Shown: piece after piece, positions 39,290-50,228 of the stretch
Layout: each line of letters begins with the position of its first letter
Position numbering within the stretch: position 1 is the stretch's first letter
Assembly: GCA_964247055.1 (NCBI GenBank)
Contig: OZ176050.1
Location: 10,292,001 to 10,356,000, forward strand
DNA: 64,000 nt
Direction: 5' to 3'
From: Paragordius varius
Taxonomy: Eukaryota; Animalia; Nematomorpha
Translations under genes and position numbers: made by a program
The notes under the pieces: model-generated
Told to the model about the DNA's origin: nothing
What the model saw: the letters and a program-made list of their open reading frames with translations, nothing else
The model's database searches: none

Positions 39290-40035
39290 CATTACAATGA
39301 CGTTTTTGCTATTGATGGATAGGAAGCACGTCATGCGTTTGTTGAAGAAGGCTGACACGGTGGAAAATTTTAAGATCTTTATGCTTCACTTGATAGTCCG
39401 AACGTCCGGTGACAGTTGAAACGACCCGTTCGGACTATATCAATTCGGAACAAGGTCTGAAGCAAGGATGCCCTCTGTCGCCAAAACTCTTCAACTCGGC
39501 AATGAATTCAATAGTAAGAAAGCAAAAGCTGAAGTTAAAAATATTTAATAATCATTCCTAATTCTATATGGCTTGTAGGTGTTACCAAATTCTATCAAGC
39601 ATACCCGCAAGGCTCAGGTTTTTGTAAATAAATCGTTGAGAGTCATTACAAGTGATATCTACTCCAAGAAAACCGGTGTCAACTCGCCACTTGTAAGCTT
39701 GACTTGAAAACTGATACCTTGCCTCTCGTGTTGGGAACACCGTTGTCAAATCTGAATGTGGTGGCTCATCAGTTACGCCATAATGAAATGAGCCTACTTA
39801 TGGCAGCTCTGGAATGGAAACTTGATGACCGCTCAGCCTATTGGAAGTACAAAAAAACATGGCTTGTATGTGTGTTTTCTTGCAGCGTGTAGGCCTTGCG
39901 GAGACAGATTTTGTCACCCTAGTGTTAAATGGGGGTCGGAAAAATAGATGCAATCAAATTACGAAAGAATTGTTAGAGGAAGAGGAAAGACTTCATTACG
40001 CCAAACGTCAGCTTCGACGCGAGCGCGCCCTTTAA
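39290..40035 (+). mobile_element. Decayed non-LTR retrotransposon fragment (RT motif plus RHN motif; possibly an RLE-type clade)
   Basis: GC-richer island encoding GLKQGCPLSPKLFN (RT domain 4) at ~39455-39496 and AHQLRHNE at ~39765-39788, with stops, frameshifts and internal deletions. Confidence 0.7.
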
Positions 40036-40617
40036 AAACTATCTGCAAAAAGGGCGGATCCGGTGGGTGATAGTGTGTGATTGATTGTAACCTTAAATAC
40101 TTTGGTAGGGGGTAAAAGCATATAATTAAATACTATTATCTCATTTAATTTATCTGTTGCACTACATGTTTTTACTGTATATACCCTTAGAAGCACCCAA
40201 CAAGGAAGTGGCGTCCCCCTGCCCTGAAGCGTGTAAAAGCGCAGGAAGGCCGTAAGGGTCGTCCTGTGAGGACAGTGACGGTTGGAACCATGCCTGTCAC
40301 ACCCTTTTCTAATTACCTGTGTGATATTGGGATAAAATTTATATCATTCGTATCAATTCAAACTTATATTATTGGTAATTTAAATATATTCTAAAATAAT
40401 GTGACCAGATATTTAGAACCCTGGCGCAGTACAAAATTAAAACACACTTTGCCTATTTTTTAACCGGATTTTCGGTGTTTTATATTAAATGATATTGTTC
40501 GTTATTTATAAGCTCATTAGAAATTAGAATCTCCAACAATAAATTTATTAAAAATTTAATATAAATGTATGTACATATAATTATATCATATGTCATATAT
40601 ATGGATATATAATAATA

Positions 40618-41196
40618 CTAGCGTAAATATCGTGCTGCTACGCAGCTCGAGGAAGTGCTTCGGACTGGGGGGCTATTTGAAAAAAGGGACAATAAAATGA
40701 TCCACATATGTGGATTATTTCGAAACATTATTTATTAGCTATGATCTCATAGGATTTTCAAAACGGTGCATTCATACTAATATATTGTTTACTTGGGCGA
40801 AAAATAGATTCAAACATTACTTTTGATTTTTTTGGAAAAGTGGCATTTTACGGGAGGAGCGGGTAAAAAGAAGGCCTTAATTAAAAAAGCGAGCCGATTA
40901 TGTTCGGCGCAATCGAAAATAAGTAAATAAAAATCATATTTAAAATTGAATGGTCCAACACGTTTTCCAGAAAATTCTCTCAAAGACACGATTTTTGTGG
41001 ACTTCTGTTTTCAAAAAAACCCGTTTTTCACACGGGGTGGGCCCGAACTGGGGGCCTATGTCAAAAAAAGGGCGAAGCTATTGTCGGGGCATTCATTAAA
41101 AATTATATTTTTTCGACATTTATATTTGAAGGGATCTACCGGTTTCCCGCAAATAGATCACCACGCCACTACTTTCCATTTTTATAAATATATAGA
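40618..41196 (-). mobile_element. Complete 579-bp non-autonomous Helitron, family B
   Basis: On the minus strand it begins A|TCTATATATTTATAAAAATGG and ends with the hairpin CTCGAGCTGCGTAGCAGCACGAT followed by ATTTACGCTAG|T. It sits between A and T with no TSD, as expected for a Helitron. Confidence 0.85.
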
Positions 41197-43114
41197 TTAT
41201 AATGGTATGTTTGTTTTAAAAAATGCTAAATGTCAAAAACAATATAATTACCAATATATGATAATAAAAATAGAGGGAAACAATATATCTGGTTTTTATA
41301 AGATGTTGCAGTGCAGATAAAATCATTCACACACGATCTTATGAAAGTTCTGTTCCATAGCTTTTTAGAAATATTATTATTTGACAGCATGTAAAACTAT
41401 GCGTTGATGAAAAAAAGATAGGTGAATGGATAGAAAATTATTCAAATGCCGACTTTGCTACAGTGTAAAAATCAAAAATAATTTAAATAGTTCTAAGTCT
41501 ACCCAATCAATGGTATATGACGTGACATAATTATTAATAAATAATTATTTTTTTATAATAGTAATAATATATAAAAATAATAAATTATATATATTTTTTA
41601 GATTTATGTTTGTCCCAATAATTTATGGTTTTGCGAATTTTATCTGAAAAAGATTCACAATTTTCTTCTGTATTTTTGACTATTACAATTGCTTTCAAGG
41701 TATCTATTGTGAGTTGTGTTTTTTCCGTAGTCCATATTTTGTTTATAGGAAAAAGTACGGAAAAGAATATTAAAATGAAAAGAATTAATAAAAAAATTAT
41801 TATGTGTGTGTGTGTGTGTGCCAAAATTAAAATAGGTCTATAAAATTGTTTATGCACAAAAGAATGAAATAAAACTGGCTAGTTTAGGGAATCAAAAAAT
41901 TAAGGAACATACCTCCCACCCAAAACATAAAAAGTTGTTTTATTCCTAGAAAAAAAGGTTATATCGAAACCAAATATAATGAATTTTAAAAATAATATGT
42001 TGCGGAAATATAAAAATTTTCCGTTTGATAATTATAATTAAAGTAAACTCAAATAAATTTAATTTAGCTGAAACTTATATGAAACAAAATGAATTTTCAA
42101 AAGATAAAATTACTGAAATATTAATTTATTTTTTGTTTATTTTTGAGTTCGCTTTTGCGGAAGCCCTGAGTGAAAGGTTGGCCTAAATCTGGAGCCGGAT
42201 ATTGAGAGTTCAGCTACATCGCGAATCGCTGCATTCATAAGCGATTTGACCGGTCCAAAACCCAACTCCATGTATAATTAGAGCAGAAAATAAAATATTA
42301 AAATTAAGGGCCATAGTTTTTTACAGCAAAAAAAATCAGTTATTTATTTTAACTAAGGGTACTCTATTGAACTCTACAAACAAAACTTGTATAAATAAAT
42401 GGTAATTAAAACATATTTATAAAAAAAATTATTTCAAAAAGCAGTACAAAAGTCAGTGCAGTACAGGCGCGGTTTTTTTCCGAAAACCCAGTACTGTACT
42501 GCGAAAAACAGCCTATATGGTCACTTTATTCTAAGACTAAAATTCACCATCAAACGAAACATATTATTATACCCATGTTATTTACCTGACTTACTACCGT
42601 ACGAAATTGATAGCTCTATCTCTGGGGTTTAATGTTAATTAAGGGCGAATTTAAAAAAATTAAGATAGAAACCAATTTTTTGAAAAATTATTTTTGTGGA
42701 CCTAGATGAAGAAAATTTGGAATTTTAAAAATGGTATTCTAAAATTGTCAAAAGTTTGTTTTCTATTGTTATTATATTCTAATGTTTAGCGAATATAGAT
42801 TGAGTTATATGTTATAGCGAGCGGTGTAAACAATTCTTGGGTGAAATTCCATTGTTAATTATAGCCACTGTAAATAGCACACTATTATAAATTAATCTCA
42901 ACATTCTTAAGTTAAATGATTTATTCAAAAAAGGGAGGGGTAGAAGAATCAAAATCAAAAAATATATCAAAAGCACCACGATCCAGATATTCAGAAAAGG
43001 GTGTCACAGGGTTGCTTCTTACCGTCACTGTCCTCACACGACTCAGCCTTCCTATGCTACTGAAGATATTGAAATAAAATTAGCATTCACATCAACATGA
43101 AACAGTTGTTTTAA

Positions 43115-45756
43115 ATGCATGATTTATATTACCAGTTGGGCCTATATCGAACTGGAGTTTTTACTGCTTTATGTCCTATCCTTGCTTTAATAATATGTCT
43201 ATTTGTGTCTCTTCAATATCATTATGAATCCGCTACTCATACACATTGTAATGTAATACTAATTTTAACATACAGGTTATTAATATATTACCGTCTTTAA
43301 GTGCAACATTTGGAAACTTCCCTGAAAAAGCAATTTGGAATATAGGAGTTGCTCTTCATATAGTCCCAAGAATATTGCTTGGATTTATATATCAAATATT
43401 TTTTTATAACCTAATCGAACCTGTCAAATTACCATTTACTCGCCACATTTACTATATAATTATATTTACTTATTTTATTGAATTGACATCCCTAACTCTT
43501 TTAACTTATATCGGTTCTACCGATAATTTTGGTAATAAAATTTGTTAATATTAGGTTTTCATGCCACATCTTTTACGGGTTTTATGTTATCATCCATTAT
43601 TTATATGATATTTAGCATATTTATTACCCAATATTTTAAAGAAAAGTTAACTAAAGTATGGTTTTTTATTTAAATTTAGATACAACGTATATCTTTGCAT
43701 TACAAAAGAATATTTTTCCGATTATATTTGATAATACTACTACTAGCTCTATATTTCTTTTACCGGCATAACACATATTGCGAACCTTACGGTATTTTTT
43801 GAATTTTTCATTCAGATATTCGGATAAAAATAATTTTGAATTATCTTTCGTGCAATGAATTTAGGAATATTATAAATAAACATTGCTTGAGAAATTGGTT
43901 TAATTTAGGGAGAGCTTTAGATTTTATTATAAGTTTTTTATCTATTAACAAAATATAATTCTACAGTAAATTTACATATTATATAACTATATCTAATTTT
44001 TTACGTTAACTGTAAAAATTCTTAGATTTTTATTAATTTTATCGAAAAGAGCTGTCGCAATCAATAATTTTTAAATTTCTGCCAATTAATATTTTAGTTG
44101 TAATTTATTATACTATTTTATTTGTAATTTTTCTAAGTTTTGTCAGGGATTTCACAAAAATTTGGAAAAATATTAGGTGATAAGTTTGAGATTTTTTACT
44201 ACTTAATATTTTTAAAAAATATTTTTTTTAATAAGCATAAAAGATTAAATAATGCATAATATTAAATTAAGCCTTAATAACATCCTTTTAAAAAAATTAA
44301 AACGGCTCTTATTTAAAAAATTACTTCAATTAAGTCATAAATAATAAAAAACACCAAATAATGTTGCCTATATTTATTTAAACCAAAATATTTTTTTAAA
44401 ATATATCATAAAGTCTATTTTAAATTTGCATAATTGAAATTAGAACAATTATAGTTTTTTCAATTAAATTAGTGCAAAGTATTTAATCAAAAATCTCAAT
44501 CACTAAATTTTGGCAAAAAACTATTTGAAAAATGTTTTTTATGATATTCATAGATCCATGATTTAGATGATATATCATATATTTACATAATGTTTGAAAA
44601 ACTTGCTATGATATTAAAACCGTTTTTAGCAAAACTAACTTATGCCAAAAATTTAGTTAATTTTGGACATTTTTTGCGAAACCATTACTTTAAAAGCAGT
44701 AAACTAATGTATCCAACATTTCATTTAGCTTAGTAATTCCGAATATGTAATTTATATATATCGGGCTTATCCGTTATAAATATTTTGCTTTGATTCATTT
44801 TAAATTTGGTTAACTGTTGTTTTCATTGATAAACATTTTTTCTGAATCTGATATCAAGACTGCTGTTAGCACAATATCATCTTCATACAATATTTTATAT
44901 CACAAACTTAACCCTTCCTTCCATCTTAGCTACTCAATAACCACATATTTTGTCATAAAACGCTTTAAGAAAATTAGCTTTTAAAAAATAAATTGATACG
45001 AAATTTGATCAATGCATTTTTGTAATTTTAACTAATAAAAGTTAATTAAATTGGTAAATTTTATTTTATTTAACCACATATTAGTTCATTGAGACTGTGA
45101 TTATATGTATTACGTCAAACCGATTTTAATCTTGATCAGTCTTAATTTTTAATAAATATCCAAAATTTTCACTAAATTTTCAGGATAAATTTATGTGATG
45201 ATTATAAATAAAATAGATATGTTACATATATGTTGGCCTTTATGGTTAATTTTTAAACAAATAAATTATATTAAATATTTATTCTAATATACAGTTTATG
45301 TTTTAGTTCGTTATTTTTATAAAAGATAAAGAACTTTAGTCGTATTGCCAGCACCAGGAAAACAATATTTGCATTATTATTTTTTTCATAAGAAGCAACT
45401 AAATCCTATATGGGCAAAAGGGATGTTTATACGTTAAAGATTGTAAAAATACTCAATCTGGTTTTAAGCTTTATTCTATTATTTGATAATTAATTAAGCT
45501 TAATTTAGCAGTTTTATATGTAAAATAATTAAAATTATTTAGAGTTTATTCTATATAATTTTTATACAAGCCTTTTTCACAATTTATTATAGTTTATTCG
45601 CTATTTGCATTGTGTGAATACATTCTCGTAACTCTCAACATAATCTTTCACAGTTTAGCCATATTGGATTTCAAGCATTTAATCATTCAAGTTGGATCAA
45701 ACGTATCCTCAACTCAAACTGCATCATCTCACCTTAAACCTAATCTTGACGTTTAA
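43115..45756 (+). CDS. PGAP2: Post-GPI attachment to proteins factor 2 (Frag1/DRAM/Sfk1 family); exons 43115-43252, 43276-43531, 43555-43655, 43680-43791, 45593-45756
   Basis: The spliced protein reads ...YESATHTHCN|VINILPSLSATFGNFPEKAIWNIGVALHIVPR...LTYIGSTDNF|GFHATSF...|...YFFYRHNTYCEPYG|VYSLFALCEYILVTLNIIFH, matching PGAP2 motifs THC..xN.LPS.SA, LH..PR, RHN.YC and FAL.EY...N..FH. Confidence 0.93.
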
Positions 45757-45821
45757 AATAATAAATTATTATATTTATTTCTTTATAACAAAATTACAAG
45801 ATATAGAGTATGCATTTTAAT

Positions 45822-45947
45822 GGTTGCTTATTTCACACTATAATTGAGCAAATGACACAATGTATGGAAAAAACAACAATTTTTTTTTTCTTATTTTATT
45901 CATATACTACTATGTTGCAAACTGCGCTAGTGTGAAATAAGCAATCC
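45822..45947. mobile_element. MITE with TIR GGTTGCTTATTTCACACTA / TAGTGTGAAATAAGCAATCC between the convergent PGAP2 and UTP25 stops
   Basis: Direct inverted match of the termini; same family as 9771-9912. Confidence 0.7.
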
Positions 45948-46122
45948 TTAAAATGCTTACAGTAAATGTTTGTTAATAATGAATTGAATATTGAAGGAAA
46001 ATATGATGTTATGGGGGAAAATTGTGTATAAATTGCATTTATTACTTCATTGAACATAATATTGTCACTTTTGAGATAATTTTATTGTGATTTACATGAT
46101 AATAATATAAAACCTAATTCAA

Positions 46123-49100
46123 TTATGTATGATATTCTGTTAAATAATGTTTGGTGAAGATTGGTTCATACTTTGATTTTTCTTGATCCATCATTAATGA
46201 AGGTTTAGTTTCATTAATTTTTTTACGTTTATGATTGGGGTTGTGTATAATATTATTGATATTGAAATTTGACATTTCTTTTGATTTTTGCTCGTATTCC
46301 TGTATAAATTTCTGTGATTCGACTGTACCCAAAACATTTTCTAATTTGATTCCATCATATTTATGATCAATGATGCAAGTCATTTTTTGTAACAGTCTGT
46401 GTAAATATTATTTACAAATAAAGCGCGTTATAATAATTCTATAAAGTTAATTATTTGAGGGTACTAACATTGAAATTTTATATTTATTTCTGTATTATAT
46501 TGATATAATTACAGTATTTGTGAAAAAATATATATTTTTTAAAAATTTTAAATAAATGTTAAAATACGGTTAGGTCAAAAAATTACAATATACCTTTTTT
46601 TGAACATTATATTATTTTAATTTTTAGTTTTATACTTTTGGGATAATCTATAGAAGTAAAGTATATATTAACTTGTTTTGATGCTTAGTTGGAATGGAGT
46701 AATCATTATGGATTTCTACGTAGTAGTTGGGGTATGTGGGCAATTCATAAAAGATGCATTCGTAAATATTTTGTAATCTATCACACATTGTAATATACCA
46801 TTTACAATTTAAATTCACCTTGAACAATTTAAATTCACCCTAATATATAATTACCTTTATTTAATAAAATTTTCAAAATATGTAATTATGTTTATGATTA
46901 ATATAATGTTGAAAAAATAATAAACTATGTCGTAAAAATATATTTCATATTAAGTATGATTTATATTATCCCGAAAACACATAATTTATTTTTAGGATGA
47001 ATTTGAATTGTAAATAGTATATATTAAACACTAACACCTTATTTTGCGAAATTTGTATAAATCAATATTTTTCGCAAATTATTCTTTCATATGATCATCA
47101 ATGTAAATTAAAGAGAGTTACACATATTTTTCAAAATATTGGGAGGGGGTCTCAATGCATTAAAAAACCTTTACTCATATATAAATCCTATTTCCATCTG
47201 ACCCCCATCTATTATGAGCTTTTTTTAAATAAACATTGTCTTAAATTAAATAATAGTTTGATTCTGATTATTATACATTTTTACGATTTATTATTCAATG
47301 TCTTGGGTTGTAAAATACTACCGCTGTTGAGCAAAAGTATAAAAAAGAAATTTTAAACAAAAGAGTTTATTTTTTTAAAAGATCATGGGTATAATAGATG
47401 CTATTTATCGGCTTTTACAGCAAATAGTTATGTTACCGAGGTTTTCGGAAGAAATAACTTCTTTCCGTATTTAAGACTAAAAGAGATTTATCAGTTTTTA
47501 GATTGAAAGATTTAGCGTCACCCATATCTTGTGTCGTGACTGTATTATTGTTTGATTCTGTTTTAGAACCATCATCTAAAAGAGTTTCCTCAAAGTATTG
47601 GATAGCTCGTCTAACTTTACGTATATGTTTTTCATCATCATACCTTAACAGGAAAAAAACATGATTATCTACTATCTACATGTCAAACATAAATAAGCTA
47701 CGCCATAACAAAATATAAAATTAAAAACAGTTAAAAAACCGAAATTGTTGTGTGTCTAGTGTAAATAACACGTACTCATTTACAGCTAAGAATGAAATGT
47801 CTTTATCCGTTAAATAATTGCGCAACCGTACATAATCGAAATAGGATGGAATAAAGATAAGAGTCCTACGTAAACACGATCGATTGGATTGTACAATTTT
47901 GGGTAAAATATATTCAGTAAAAAATAGGAATCGATTATTGGCCATATCTGAGGGAGACGAGGTGGTAGGATGAATCACCGAAAATTCCTATGAAATATAA
48001 TAATAAAATAAATGTTGCTGAAAACAATCTTTGTATTAATGTCAAATTGTGACATATTGTATAAAATTGTGAATTCCGTTTATACCTTTTGAAAGATATT
48101 TTACAAAATAATTTTAAGAATGCGAAAAAATTGGGATTTATAAACTACAAAAGAAAAATAAATGCAAGAATGAAATGAGTTAAACAACTGATTACAAGCA
48201 TATAAGCTATAATGAAAAACTTATATATTTGGTATTAATTTTATATTAAAAAAACATTACAATAATTTTTTAAGAATCGTCCGATCAAAATTATATAAAG
48301 CTAAATTATGCTAATTGTAATTGAATTGTATAATGCATTGCTTAATTTTTTTTGCATTTAACAGTTAAATTATGATATTAATATAAATAATCAGGATCTG
48401 TACATTGAATATAATGACTATTTTTTTTATAAATGATATTAAAATTTATGACATATTTTATTCAAATAAAAGCGCATATGCAATGAAAAATTTAAAAGCT
48501 TTTTAAAATCATCCAATTTATCATATAATAAATATTATGACCCGAGTTTTTACATTAATGTATCAAATTTTACAAACCCAGACTCGTAAAATAATCCTAA
48601 TTTAATTGTTCTAAACATTTTATATATTCTTGATCTTATCACAAATATACGATATAATATCATTAAAAAAAGTTATGTCCGCAATTTTTGGAGATTTTGA
48701 TTTGCATTTATTTCTATTATATGGCGTTTGACTTTAAACTTTTTGGTTAATAAATTCATCATTCATATCTAATTATTCAATCTCAAAACGTACACAGGCT
48801 TAAAATATGGTGCCCTATGATACAAAAATAATGCGTACGTGTTTCATAACAGATAGTATTTCACATAAGGTTCCTTTAATGTATGGAATCTCCATCATGA
48901 CTCTGCCCTCATAATCTAACAAAGGAAAATATTAAAATATCGATAAATGTAAAAGAGTTAAAATATTTACAAATATGGGGTCAAAATTACAGTAAAAACT
49001 GAAATTATACGGACAAAACGTAAAAATGTCAATGCAAACAATTTTTTCTACATCCATACTTTTTAATTCGTTATTTTTTAATATAACTTGTATTACTAGC

Positions 49101-50151
49101 ACAATCAATTTTATGACTGTAATTACAATTGTAAATAGCTTATGAGGAATAATTAGGGTTTAAAAAGTATGGTTATCCTTTAGATACAAATATCTGTTTT
49201 TATATGTCCGTATAATCTTAATTTGTATCAACTTTCTATAAGTATTTTGTACCGGGTACATGACATTTTCATGGTGATTTTATAAGTTAACCAGTTTAAA
49301 AGTTATGTCAATATCCGCAAATTTAGGTAAACTTGTTATTATATGTTATTACTGTAACAAGCAAAATGTTTTAAAACAAATATTATTTTTTATATATCAT
49401 AATTGATATTACAATTAGATTGTATTTTATTTCTAATAATGGGCACCCAGTATGGAATGTAAAAAATTTGTTAACCATGTAACTAGCACAAAAAGAAGCG
49501 ATGGGATAAAAAATAATTTTAAAATAACGCTTATAGCGCGTTTAAAAAGTATAACAACATATGAACATTGAGAAATGTATAAAATACGTATATCTATATT
49601 ATAAAAACATTTTTTACATAATAACTTATACCATTTTAGAATTTACATTTTAAACTTGCGTTTGAATTCGAGTCAAAATTGCTAAGGTATGTATTTATGT
49701 GCATCATTTGTAGAAATATCTTTCATATATTTTATGAGAAAACCGATATACAGCGCCTATTAATTTAAAAAGCAAAATTATTTCTAAGTATCAATTGAAT
49801 TAATTTAACGCTCTATAGCGGCTATTTATTTTACAACGGCGTATTTCCAAAAATTATAATTGTTAACTTTCAAGGTACGTATATAAAATATACTATAAAC
49901 AAAAACAACATTTATAAAAATTTAAAATATATTTTACAAAATATGATCAAAATAATTTTGTAAACATTGAGCTGCCTCAAAATTATATTAATAAAATGGA
50001 GTATTCGTGGCTAAAATGAGGGATTAATGTCATCTTTAATATACACAACAAATAAAACTTGATAAGACTTTAAGTTAAAAAATCTTCAGGAATTTTGAAT
50101 GGTGAAGTTAGACTTTTATGTGTAGATGGATTAACAATATACCAGTTAAAA

Positions 50152-50228
<77 letters not shown>

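Noticed and set aside
40200-40330. Possible HDV-like or hammerhead ribozyme (CTG-TCCTCA-CAG on the minus strand; CTGTGAG on the plus strand)
   Set aside because: P1/P1.1/P4 cannot be completed, there is no GAAA core with stem II, and the second copy breaks the putative P3. It is kept only as an unidentified repeated motif.
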